The notes beneath the pieces are model-generated. The model worked only from the letters and a program-made list of their open reading frames with translations. It was not told the DNA's origin and made no database searches. From Eledone cirrhosa (lineage: Eukaryota): a DNA stretch of 64,000 nucleotides. Shown here in pieces: positions 14,394-26,879 of this stretch. Both the position numbers and the translations under genes were made by a program. Position 1 is the stretch's first letter. Each line of letters starts with the position of its first letter. The DNA is taken from positions 342,302,001 through 342,366,000 of the forward strand of contig OZ024741.1 in assembly GCA_964016885.1 (NCBI GenBank), in the 5' to 3' direction.

Positions 14394-14600
14394 TTTAACT
14401 TTTAATGATCTGTACCACATCAAAACCACATTAGCTAGATATTCTTGGAAAGTATAAAACAGCACTATGATTGTAACATGAAGTCTTTCTTCTGACACTG
14501 TAAATTTTCACAACTATCTATCCACTAGTAAATACACTACAAACATTTGAATTAACAAACCTATTTTTAAAGATATTTTCTGCTAAATCATTACAGGAAA
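14394..14600. mobile_element. Partial copy of a TTAA-flanked MITE family (uninterrupted counterpart of 18320-18806)
   Basis: Colinear similarity to 18320-18359 plus 18626-18795. Confidence 0.6.
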
Positions 14601-15570
14601 TTGTGATTTAGCTGTTATTTCTAGTAAGTTGAGCAACTACATTGAGGCTCCCTCATTGCCGTGTCTTTGGGCTTACTGGAACTGCTGTTTGTCTCTGTCT
14701 GTTGTAAGTTTGTCTTAAGTTCCTTTTATCTTGACACTGAGAATACAATTGGATTCAATATGCTTTCAAGATGGTTTCAACTGTGTCTTTAATAATCTAG
14801 GTGGCAGTGTTTCTGGGTGTATCGAGTCACTTATAGGTGGCAGTATCGAGTCACTTATCTCTACATTGAACAAGATTTCTTGGGAGTAAAATCAAATGTG
14901 TGAGTGAGAAAGTTTTTCTTCAGTGATTATTACAGCCCCTGGATGGTTTGTGCAAACAGCAGCAGTTGATATTATCAAGAAATCTTTAAACTATTGACAT
15001 AAGAGAGTACTACATATATATATGTAAATGTATGTATGTATATATATATGTTGTTGCCAAATTTGTTTGTGTGTGAGTGTGAATGTCTGTAAGTATGTAT
15101 GTACTTTGTTCATATAATCTACCTTCTGAAATATTGAATACTTGTTTTGTATTTGTAAGCCTTTTCTTAACAAAATACAGACACACTATATAGATACATA
15201 CACACTTCTCTCAATCTCTCTCATATATGTATGTGTGTGTATGGAGTTACATAACCGCTATTATTTTGTCAATATACTGATATCACAGTTTATTTCACCC
15301 TTTGAAATAATCGTTAAACAATGGATTGATTAGGCACAGAACCTTGGGTTGTTGTTATCATTATGTAACATATCTCAGGGTGGGGGATTGGTAGTATCAG
15401 AAGAGTGGTTGACACCATGCCTCGCAGCATAGAGTTACGCCCATTTACGATCAGAGTTCAAATCCTGCCGAGGTTAGCATTGCCTTTCATCCTTATGGGG
15501 TCAATAAAATAAAGCACCAATAATGCATAATGTGTGTGTATGTGTGTATGTATATATATATATATATATA

Positions 15571-15630
15571 TTCATTCTGATGACTGAAGACATATAAATA
15601 TCTGCCTTCAAGAAACCACTGGTAAATGAA
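15571..15630 (+). ncRNA. Minimal type-I hammerhead ribozyme motif (Penelope-like-element type)
   Basis: Stem I TTCATT/AATGAA; core CTGATGA; stem II TGAAG/CTTCA with a C-A mismatch at its base; GAAA; stem III CC-ACT-GG; GUA cleavage triplet. Confidence 0.7.
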
Positions 15631-15749
15631 ATAATTATCTTATGTTGTTTATTACATAACTAATAAGCTCTGTAGCCTACATAGAGCACTCTTTTTTCCT
15701 GTACCTTTCCGACGGAAATACTTCATTTATATATATATATATATATATA

Positions 15750-17982
15750 TATAAAAAGGAAGTTTGTTTGTTTGTTTGTTTGTATGTTGACTACTAATAA
15801 ATAAAATTGATAATAAAGGTTTTTCTGACCTCCAAGAAGCTTACTGTTGACTTATTTTCTGGAAATGGAATTGGGGTTGGGGCAAGTTGGGGATAATTTA
15901 CTGCCCTTTCTAGCACACAGATACTGTCTGTTCATCCCTCATGCTATCTATATATATAGAGAGGGAAATACTACTCCACCTCTCACTCACTCCAACACCC
16001 TCTCTCTCTAAATAACTAAAACATTTCTAGGTCTTTTTGTTTGTTGTTGACCAATCTGACATCTGACTCACTTGCCAACGACTTCTTTTTTCGGAAACGG
16101 AGGTGGGGATGGAGAGGGGACTCTTGGAATTACAGATGGACACATCTCAGCTGTTTAAATTTATAGAAAAACATCCGCTGGGAATCGCAAAGAAAATATT
16201 TTTCTTAGGTTTTTTTCCCATCTGTTTTCAACTAATCTGATTTCCAACCTGTTCACAATTGGCTTTTTCCCCTCAAAATGAAATGGAGAGGTGAGAGCGG
16301 GGAACCTATAAAGTATGTGTGCAAATACATCAACAATGGTTCTGATGCTGCCATATTTGCACTACAATATGTCCGATGAGGTGTCCAACTTCCAACATGG
16401 CTGATATATCAGCAGCAGAGGAAAGGTGGCTGGAGGCGATGGGTTGATCCTTGGATTTTCCCAGTCACGGAGATTTCTTCTGGGGGAAATTTTTTCTTTT
16501 CTAGGTTTTTTTCGTTTGTTTTCAACAGATCTGACATCTTACTCACTTGCCAGTGACTCCTTTTTCCGAAAACGGAGGCAAGGTGTGAGGGAAAGTCTCA
16601 GAGTTACAGATAAGCACCTCTCAGCTGTTTAAATTTATAGAAAAGCACCAGCTGGGGATCACGAAGAATTCTTTTTTTCTAGGTTTTTTTTTTTCATTTT
16701 GAAAACTAATCTGAACTCTGGCATGCTTGCAATCTTCTTTTCCGAAAGTGGAAATATTTTAGGGTGGGGTCTTATTTTCCCAGCCTTGAATATTTCTTTA
16801 ATGAAAATAATAGAAGCAGGAAAGGAAGGGGACCCCCGGAGTTACAGATAAGCATCTCACAGCCGTTTAAATTTATACTGAAGGATGTTTTGATCCTTCA
16901 TCATTTTGTACTGTTGTGGAAAGCGTTGTAAGCTGAATTAATTAAGTGTTCCCCAATTTTGAACAAGGAGTGGCTGTGTGAAAGAGCAATCCTTGTCTCA
17001 ATAAACATCACAGTGAATGCCATCAATAAAATCTCTCACAAATGATCCCTGGAGGTAGCCAGACCTATAAATCTATTGACAAAGTTTTCAATGATTTTGA
17101 TGCTGTTCATTATCCTATTGAATTTCTCAACTATTTGGAAGTGTCTGATATGCTGCCACACAACCACAGTCGTCATGCTTATCAGAAACCTGGATCAGCC
17201 AAGATTTTGTAATGGGACGCATGTAGTTGTGACTGAACTACAGCTTCACATTATTGAAGCCAAAATCCTCACTGGATATGATAAGGGAGACATCGTATTC
17301 ATACCTAGAATACTGCTATTACGATTGCAATTCCCAGTGAGAGTTACACATTGACCATTAACAAGGTGAAATACTACAGGTTGCAGGTCTTCACCTAGAA
17401 GTGGTATATTTCTCACATGGTCAATTGTATGTAGGTTATTCCTGACTAGGAAGATCCCACATCTCTTCATATATACTCCAAAGAAAAAAGTTAAAAACAC
17501 AGTATATACTGAAGTTCTGTAAATGTTTTATAATTTTCATAATATACATTTTTCTATTATTTTTAAAATCATTTTCTGTATTTAAATATTCTAAATAAAT
17601 AAAAAAAATTACATTATGTAATATTTAAATACCTTTTAACATCTTTTATTTCGATGAAAATAGGTATTACGATAGATGCCAATAGGTGCCTTATGAATAG
17701 ATTTGAGCCAAGTGCTAAGGGTGTTGGACTTACGATCATAATGTTGTGGGTTTGATTCCTGGGTTGTGTGTTGTGTTCTTCAGCAAAAAACTCCATTTCA
17801 ATTTGCTCCAATATACTCAGCTGAAAATGAGTACCCTGCGATGGACAGGCATCCTGTCCAGGGAGGAGTCTTGTACTCTCAGTTGCTTCAGGCCATAAAA
17901 CTGGGATAAGCACCGGCCAAATGAGCTTTCTGGCTTAAGACAGACTTTAGACAGACTGGGGCGAAGTCCGGGTAGCTGCTAG
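15750..17982 (+). mobile_element. Internally deleted Helitron with degenerate Rep/PIF1 helicase fragments; SINE inserted at 17700-17955
   Basis: About 16308: IKYVCKYINNGSDAAIFALQ..DEVSNFQHG*YISS. About 16965-17430: WLCERAIL.., VMLIRNLDQPRFCNGT...GDIVFIPRI...RLQFPVRV, FSHGQLYV. 3' end GGGCGAAGTCCGGG..CTAG|T. Internal direct repeats at 16020/16495/16830. Confidence 0.85.
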
Positions 17983-18319
17983 TACACATGCATGCATACA
18001 TTGTTCTTTGTGCATGTTTATTTATTTTCGTTCTTCGCTTGATATCATGATTTTTGTCACATTAAGAATTTAGTGGTTATAAAATGGTAGTTAAAAGTCT
18101 CTCAGAAAATAATTAGAGAAATTGAAGTATATAAAAATGTGTGTGTGTGTTTGGAGGATGGAAAGAGTATGTTCCTGTATGTGAAGAAGATAGAGGCAAA
18201 TATTTCTGTTGGAGATAGTTTTGTGAACTAGAGTGAGAGGGAGGTAAAAGTTTGTGAAGCAGGGATAGGCAGTGTTGTGAAAGAGAGTTCTGTGAGTGCA
18301 TACATGCATATATGTGTGT

Positions 18320-18806
18320 TTAACTCTTAATGTCCCATACCACATGAAACCACATTAGCAACACTTTTTCTTTGCCTACATATTCCGGGGAGGGCCATGG
18401 GGACAAAGTCCTCAAACACTCCTTCCAGCGGGTCCTGTCAGAAGCAACCATCTCCAATTGATCAAGCTGGATCTCCAAGCATGACCAGCCAAGCTCATGG
18501 ATGTTATCCAACCATCTTGCTTGGGGGTCTACCCTTGGGTCTCCTGCCGGTTGGTTTTGCCTGTAAAATCTGTCCAGTGATTTTTTTTCCTGAGACATTC
18601 TAACCACATGCCCAAAGTATCGGAAGACATTCTTGAAAAATATATATCAGCACTATGACTGCATTACATTAAAAATTAAAGTCTTAGTTTACTGTAAATT
18701 TTCGCAACAATCTGTCCACTAATAATGATACTATAAACATTTGAATTAACAAACCAGGTTTTTTAGATATTCTTTTACTAAATCATTACAAGATTGTAAG
18801 AGTTAA
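18320..18806. mobile_element. TTAA-flanked MITE interrupted by an RTE LINE 3' fragment (18360-18625, minus strand)
   Basis: TTAActctta ... taagagTTAA; inserted ORF remnant RWLDNIHELGWSCLEIQLDQLEMVASDRTRWKECLRTLSPWP is typical of RTE C-termini. Confidence 0.7.
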
Positions 18807-19611
18807 GTAGCTGGACTCTATTCTACTTGAGGAGGCTTTTTGATTCAGAGATAACCAATTGAAAGATTCTTCAGTTATTGAGCTATTTCCATCCTAACTA
18901 TTTAATGGAGTCATGCTGTTTTAAGATACAGGACTTAAAATGTGTGGTCCCTGTCTATAAGATGCTATAGGATTTGTTGAAAGAGACACCTTCTTTAGTC
19001 TGTGTGTATGAATATGTGATTACTGGTATTTGTATGTATGTGTAAATATGTGCCTGCCGATGTGTGTGTGTGTGTGCATGTGCATAAATGTGCCTGCCAA
19101 TCTGTGTGTATGTAACATGTGTGCCTGCTGGTGTGTATGTATGTAAATGTGTATGTGTGTAAATGTGTGCTTGCCTATGTGCATGTGTGTAGTGTATTTA
19201 AATGTGTGCCTACTAGTGTGTGTGTGTGTGTATGTATATAAATGAGTATCTGCAAGTGTATATGTAAATGCATAACTGCCAGCCAGTATGTATGTAAACA
19301 TGTTGTGCCTGACGGTTTGTGTATGTATGTCAACGCGTGTGTGTGTATGTATGAAAACTTGTAGCTGCCTGTGTATGTATCTAGAAATGTGTGCCTGCTG
19401 GTTTGTGTGTGCATAAACTTGTCAGTCACTGTGTGTGTGTGTGTAAACTTGTTTGTGTCACTGTGTGTGTGTGTGTATGTATGTAAACATGTGAACAGGA
19501 GAGAGGGAGAGATTGAGTCAGGTTAAAGACACAGATTGCACAACAACAACAACAACAACAAAAGTGACATCCAGCTGCAGCATAAATACATTTGGTCTGC
19601 TGGTGTTTCAG

Positions 19612-19819
19612 GAGAAAATGTCCAACTCCTGGTTGTGATGGAGTTGGTCATGTGACAGGTAAATACCCACCACAAGCTGTCTGGTTGTCCCTTGGCTGAG
19701 AAGAACTTTCTAAACATGGCAAGCAAAGTGAAAGAAGAACCGGAACCGGATGTCAGCACAATTTCTTCGGACACCAAGTCATCGTTGCCTGCTGTTGTCT
19801 CTGGCCCTGGACGGAAGAA
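19612..19819 (+). CDS. l(3)mbt: L3MBTL-like exon, second CCHHC zinc finger; contains an apparent frameshift at about 19667
   Basis: tttcag| (S)RKCPTPGCDGVGHVTGKY [frameshift] HHKLSGCPLAEKNFLNMASKVKEEPE...PGRK |gtatgc; 208 nt although both flanks are phase 2. Confidence 0.85.
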
Positions 19820-19849
19820 GTATGCACTTTGTATATATGTGTGTGTAAA

Positions 19850-19878
19850 TATATATACATACATACATATATATATTT

Positions 19879-19921
<43 letters not shown>

Positions 19922-21437
19922 ATGTATATTATATATATATATTTTATGTATATTATATATATATATATTTTATGTATATTATATATATATATATTTTATG
20001 TATATTATATATATATGTATATTATATATATATATATTTTATGTATATTATATATATATATATATTTTATATATATATATTTTTTATGTATATTATATAT
20101 ATATTTTATATATATATATAGTTTATGTATATTATATATATATATTTTATATATATATATTTTATGTATATTATATATATATATATATTTTATATATATA
20201 TATATATATATATTTTATATATATATATATATATATTTTATATATATATATATAGTTTATGTATATTATATATATATATTTTATATATATATATAGTTTA
20301 TGTATATTATATATATATATTTTATATATATATATAGTTTATGTATATTATATATATATATTTTATATATATATATAGTTTATGTATATTATATATATAT
20401 ATTTTATATATATATATAGTTTATGTATATTATATATATATATTTTATATATATATATAGTTTATGTATATTATATATATATATTTTATATATATATATA
20501 GTTTATGTATATTATATATATATATTTTATATATATATATAGTTTATGTATATTATATATATATATTTTATATATATATATAGTTTATGTATTATATATA
20601 TATATTTTATATATATATATAGTTTATGTATATTATATATATATATTTTATATATATATATAGTTTATGTATATTATATATATATATAGTTTATGTATAT
20701 TATATATATATATTTTATATATATATATATAGTTTATGTATATTATATATATATATTTTATATATATATATATAGTTTATGTATATTATATATATATATT
20801 TTATATATATATATATAGTTTATGTATATTATATATATATATTTTATATATATATATATAGTTTATGTATATTATATATATATATTTTATATATATATAT
20901 ATATTTGATGTATATTTTATATATATATATTTTTTATGTATATTATATATATTTGATGTATATTTTATATATATATATTTTTGATGTATATTATATATAT
21001 TTGATGTATATTTTATATATATATATTTTTTATGTATATTATATATATTTGATGTATATTTTATACATATATATATTTTATATATATTATATTTATTTGA
21101 TGTATATTTTATATATATATATATTTTATATATATTATATTTATTTGATGTATATTTTATATATATATATATTTTATATATATTATATTTATTTGATGTA
21201 TATTTTATATATATATATATTTTATATATATTATATATATTTGATGTATATTATATATATATATATATTTTATATATATATTATATATATTTGATGTATA
21301 TTATATATATATATATATATATATATTATATTTTATATATATTATATATTTTATATAATATATTTTATATATATTATATATATTATATATATTATATGTA
21401 TTATATATATATATTATATTTTATATATATATAATAT
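19850..21437. repeat. AT-rich microsatellite with a higher-order unit of about 41 bp
   Basis: (AT)n blocks punctuated by AGTTTATGTATATT / TTTT. Confidence 0.92.
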
Positions 21438-22019
21438 ACTAGCAGAAGTACCCGGCGTTGCCTGGGTGTAAGTCGACCTTTGGTCTGTTAGAATGTGTTG
21501 AAGTTACTTCCCACGCATCACAGGTTCAAAACTTCGAACTTCAATGGAAAAAAATAGGTTAGTAGACACAGGTGTGTAATTTATTAATTGTAGTTACACA
21601 GTGTATCGTTGAAATTGTTCTCTGCACGACTGACGGAAGTCAAAATCGCTTGATATTGAATGTTCACTTAATTTAAAGCAGGGTGAAAATGTCGATTACT
21701 TTCAGGGGTTTTTTTTTTTTACAATTTTTGCGCTCACATGTGCAGAAGAAGAATTAAAAGGGCCTTTATCTTAACCGCGGCATAATGGCGAGTCTTTTGT
21801 GACAGTTTTCAAGAATATAGGGCGTTCCTGTAAAAAGTTTTCCCATGTGTAACTTTGCCTTGTTTTTTTGCGCAAAGTCGAGCCCCGCTTCAGTTTTATT
21901 GATTTTTTACATCAATGCGTGATCTCTGAAGTAGATTTGAGTAGCTAAAAACCTGTCCCGGTAAATTTGCTATAGGTGAAAAAAAGTTGATCAAAATTGT
22001 ATCTAGGGTTATTGCCCTT

Positions 22020-22503
22020 TGCCACAGCCTCAAGCCTTGTCTGACAGGATGTTGGTGATTCCTCCGTCAGCGCTTGTTGGCGACGAAGGCGAACATCAGC
22101 AAGCCTTGTCGTACGTGATGTTGGTGACTCAACCAGCTGGGAAAGACGTCTATCAGCGAGTTGAGATTCGCGCTCAGCAGGTGTTTCCTAGAGAAAATTA
22201 ATTAATTCTACTGGTTAGCTAAGCCAATGGCAGTGTCAATAGTAAATGAGAAAAGTCTAACATGAACAAAAGGGAATCAAGGTAAGACAATAAATTTAAT
22301 ATAACTACGATTAGAAGGTTGTAGTTGCTTAAAAGTGGTGACAGTTAGGATAAACGCAGTACTTGCTAACATTAAGGAAGAATATTGCATAAAGGATTAA
22401 TCAATTGTGAATGAACTCATACCTGAGAACGCCTAATTCATTGTCCCAAAGCAATAGCTGTACCTTTTTTGGAGGTAAGTCTTGAACGTTTCCGTGTGGG
22501 CAT
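22020..22503 (-). pseudogene. Helitron RepHel N-terminal remnant, two exons (22503-22423 and 22187 to about 22020) with STPR repeats
   Basis: MPTRKRSRLTSKKGTAIALGQ*IRRSQ |gtatga...ttctctag| ETPAERESQLADRRLSQLV ESPTSRTTRLADVRLRRQQALTE ESPTSCQTRLEAV; 23-aa spacing between the last two repeats. Confidence 0.72.
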
Positions 22504-22627
22504 AACAACGTGTAACGAAGCTGTTAGGTTAGAGAGAGGTGATTAAATACAGAGAGAGATGACACCAGATTCGTTAGCATGGTTACTGGTGAATGGGAAG
22601 GTTTTGAAATATGATTACAATAACTTA

Positions 22628-22879
22628 CCGAATTTTCCCGTCTATAAATTGCACTTAAAATAATTAAATTTAATCAAAAAACAGCTGCGCTTTATACTCC
22701 GGTGAGCCTTATGTATAAATAATACAATGGTAATCAATCATGGCTCTAACAGAAGTAATAGATCTAGACTAAAAGTAAAGAAGATAGCATTTTCTGGTTG
22801 GCCTTACACGCCGTTGCGCGAACCTGATTTTAAATGATACGCCTTATATCCTGGTGAGCCTTATAGAGCGGAAAATATC
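22628..22879. mobile_element. pogo/Tc1-like MITE nested in the Helitron
   Basis: TA|ccgaattttcccgtctataa ... ttatagagcggaaaata imperfect TIRs with subterminal ggtgagccttat repeats. Confidence 0.55.
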
Positions 22880-23988
22880 TATTGGAAAAGAATACGAATT
22901 CATGACCAAGGTGTGACAAAATAGGCGTCTATACAGCGCCTGAAACAAACTTGTCCAAAACCCTAGGATTTTTCTCGTTAAGTATCCACCCAAAAAGAAC
23001 CATTTTTTAGTTGCAAAAAATAACCAAAGTGTATAGTAGCTATATTTCTGACATATCATGCCAAAAAGAACAATATATTCAAAAAATGTTCTAAAGTACA
23101 TTCAATCTCGCTTTTTGACCGATATCTTAATAAGCAAGTTATCGATTTTTTATTGGCTGTCAGTGTCTATCTGCATGCAGGTGTGAACGTGTGCGCAATT
23201 AATTGCAAATACGCTCATAACATTTAGTCGTAAGCAGAACAAAAAATGCCATTAGAGGTGGGCTAATAATGAAGACACACACCCCGGTGAACTTACGTTT
23301 AAACACCCGAAAAGTTACTCACTTCCTGTGCAAAAGACTATTATAAATTAAGTAATTTTTTAGAATCTTTTGTTTAAAAAAGGAAAACATTGGTACAACG
23401 TAAATTTTTTTACTTGTATTGTATGTGTACAACACAAATTGGTCAACGTATTATTTAGTAATTTTTTTTCAAAAAGCATGATTATTTAAGACTGTTTGAA
23501 AATTTACTCACAGCTTTTAGGTTCACAAAAGACACCATTAAATTTGGTTCCCTTTTCAGATAGGGATAATACTGTATTTCCACTTGAATAAGGTGGAATA
23601 TGAAAAGAAACTCTTTAATGGTCGGTCGTTTACTGAGACAGCTGGGAAGACATGCAGCTGGCCGTCCAATCAATAACGCATGTCCTTATATGGGCATATG
23701 AAATTTATTTTTATTGCGCCAGATGTAAACTAAGAGTTCTTGTGTTCGAATTCACATAAAATTTCATTGGAATCGAAAAACATTCTGTCATAGGGCCTGA
23801 TTATCGATTTTTCGAAAATTTCAAGTAGCCTATTCCACTCTACGCGTTGAGTTTTATATATGTGTGAGGTTTCATGAAAATTGGATGAACGGTGTAGCAG
23901 GCAAGTTCGGTACACTAAACAATGTCCATCTTCCCTTTATATATATAGATATAATATACATATATGTTATATGCATGTATTTTGTATA

Positions 23989-25230
23989 TCTATATATATA
24001 AAACAGAGGATGTCTGTCTGTGTGTCTGTTTCCCTAAAACTCAAGAAGTACCCAACCGTTTTTTTTCAAACTTTACACATGTAACCCGTATTGTCCCGGA
24101 AGTGTTTTGAGCAAAAAAAACTTTCAAATTATTCTGACCTAGGGATCGAATTAGTGAAGTGGCCAATGTCTGTACATAATGAGGGAGTGAGAGGGGAGAG
24201 AAAGAAACAGAGAGGCGAAGTGAAGAAGTGGCTCTCTATTCCTCCTCCTTCTCCCCATTCGTCACAGCGTTTTTTGATAGAGGGGAGAAATGTGAACGAG
24301 TTACAGAGAGAAAGAGTGAGAGTGAAAGAAACAGACAGACTAAAAGAGGGGGAGAGAGAGAGAGAGTGACAGACGCCGTCTTTTGAGAGTTGTATGTGTC
24401 AAAGATACATGACAGTGGAATAACTATTGCGTGTGTGTGTGCGTTTGCATGCGTGAGTGATTATAAACTCTCTCACATGGTCTGATGGAATTAAACCTTT
24501 AGCATTTACATTACTATATATATATACTATATTATTTTCATGGTAAAGGCTGTATCTCACATAATATAAAAATCTCATAGATTTAATATTATTTATTTTG
24601 AGAACAATACCTTAACCCTTTAGTATTAATGTGAGTGAGTTATAAAGAGAAAGAGTGAGAGTGAAAGAAACAGACAGACTAAAAGAGGGGGATAGCGGGA
24701 GAGAGAGACGCTGGAAGAGGGGAAGGAAAGCTATATGTCTTGCTGTCTGCATTACGATACACATATATACACACACACACACACTGATCGCGTCATAATG
24801 ACGTAATGCAGACAGATATTATAAGTGCGCCACGTTATATCTATGTATCTATCTAAAAAGAAAGATGAAGAATTATAGAGAGAGATCGCTAAATCGCCTA
24901 ATGCGGTCCCTAGGGCATTGAAAATTTGAAATATATTTTACTCAAAACACTCACAGGACCATAAGTATTACATGTGTAAAGTTTGAAAACAATCGGTTGG
25001 GTGGTTTTCAAGTATTAGTGAGCTGATAGACAGACAGACAGACAGACATTCTCTGTTTTAGATATATAGATATATATATAATTATATATTCATGTACAGA
25101 TATTTTTGCATACACAATAACAAAATATAAATAAATGTATTTATTTCACGAGGCTCAATAAGGATAAATATATATCAAATATATAAGAACCCTAGAGCAA
25201 ATCCCGAGTAATGCCGGGCCATTCTGCTAG
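23989..25230 (+). mobile_element. Non-autonomous Helitron with an internal inverted copy of its 5' end (about 24968-25070)
   Basis: A|TCTATATATATAAAACAGAGGATGTCTGTCTG... ; 3' CCCGAGTAATGCCGGG..CTAG|T. Confidence 0.8.
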
Positions 25231-26879
25231 TATTTTATAAAAAAAAATCTGGCTTGTTTACTTAGTATTTTACAAATATGTTGGTGACTTTGTAATTTAT
25301 TTGGTATAGCTCTAATGATCAGGCTATTTTCAGTGTTTTTTCAGCGTAGTCATTCATTTAGCATAGCTGAAATGACATGGTCATTTTCGGCTGTGTCTGC
25401 TTCATTGTTTATTTAGCATAGTTTTAGTGTTCAGGTAATTTTCAGCTAGTCATTACTTCTCAGCTGTAATGACCAGGTCATTTTCAGCTATGGGTGTATA
25501 TCTATAATGATAGTCATTTTTAGTTGTGACCATCTGGTCTTTTATTTGACATAATTTTATTGTATTTCTATCAATATTTGTTAAATGGTGCGATAATTTA
25601 CCTGATGTTTCTGCAGTCAGTTACAGCTGTGGTCAGTTATAGCTGTGATGGACTGATCATTTACAGGTGTGTTAACACTTTATCATTTACATTACTCTAT
25701 ATTTACTATTATATTTTCATGGTAAAGGCTTTACCTCACGTAATTATCTCACATAATATTGAATCTATGAGATTTTGATATTATTTATTTTGAGAACAAT
25801 ACCTTAATGTTGGTATGAGTGGCAGGTTACAGCCGGTTTGAACAGAAAGAGGTGAGAGAATTCTGGCTAGATACGGCAAGTTTGAATGCAAGTTTAAAAG
25901 CATGTTTATTTTACTTGGCATGATTTTGGTAATTTAATTTTGGTGGATGACTTGCTCATTTGCATGTGATAACCTGGTCTTTTAATTGGTATAAAAGCAG
26001 AAAAGCATGTATGTAACAAACTTATATTTGTGATGGCCTGGTCATTTATGGCAACATTGACTTGGTGGACATTTATGACATAATTGCAGCCATAAAACTA
26101 AATATCAGGTCACTTACATTGTCTATTTTATGAGGGCCAGTTTATTCTTATCCCAGATATATAGGGTTGTGCCATACTTAGTCATCACATGGTGTAGCTG
26201 TGGTTCTACAGATGTAGCAGTGGTCATTTTTAGTTGTAACAATCTGGATATATATACATTATTCAATGCATCCTTTTTTTTAAAGATGGTATAGTATGTG
26301 TGTGTGTGAACCTGTAACTCCTGATGGAGTCATAGGGGTGCCATCATGACATACAGCATTTCTTGGGCATATTTAAAACCTAGTGGAGCTCATCTCCTCT
26401 CCAGGTCTGAACACATCCGATTTCTTCTACAGAAGAAAAAAAAAATTGTGAGAGAGAGCCAAACCCAGTATTAGACTGGTACTTTTTTTATCGACCTTGA
26501 AAGGATGAAAGCAAAGTTGACCTCGGCGGGGTTTAAACTTAAAGCGCAGAGAACTGGAAGGAAAACTGCAAAGTATTTTTTAAACTCTCTGCCAATTCAT
26601 CACCATATGGTATGATTTAGGCAAAGTTTAGCAGCTAATTATGACAGTTTGAGTGTCCATATAGAAGCTCTCCTGTTCATTACTGGTCATGGTATGCTCA
26701 ATAAAATCTTACTTTAGAACAAGAAAAACAGACAAACAAAAAACAATAATGGTTAGCTAGTTACTTCCAAAGATATAGGAATCCTGAGAATCTGAGAAGC
26801 TTGGCTTAACTTACATAAAACAAATCACACTCCTACATTGAGGGAAATATACTATTGCTATCATTATTATCACTGTTAA

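Larger units (their letters stand above)
21439..23949 (-). mobile_element. Helitron derivative retaining the spliced 5' end of its RepHel ORF; nested MITE
   Basis: Minus-strand 5' TCTATATATATAAAGGG; 3' CCCAGGCAACGCCGGG..CTAG|T; internal STPR-like coding remnant. Confidence 0.8.

Noticed and set aside
19820-21437. Ile/Tyr-rich ORFs, also at 12200-12450, 36200-36500 and 54350-55100
   Set aside because: (AT)n microsatellite translations
23670-23700. CCAAT plus a perfect CArG box CCTTATATGG
   Set aside because: Single short motifs inside a transposon; no independent support for a regulatory role
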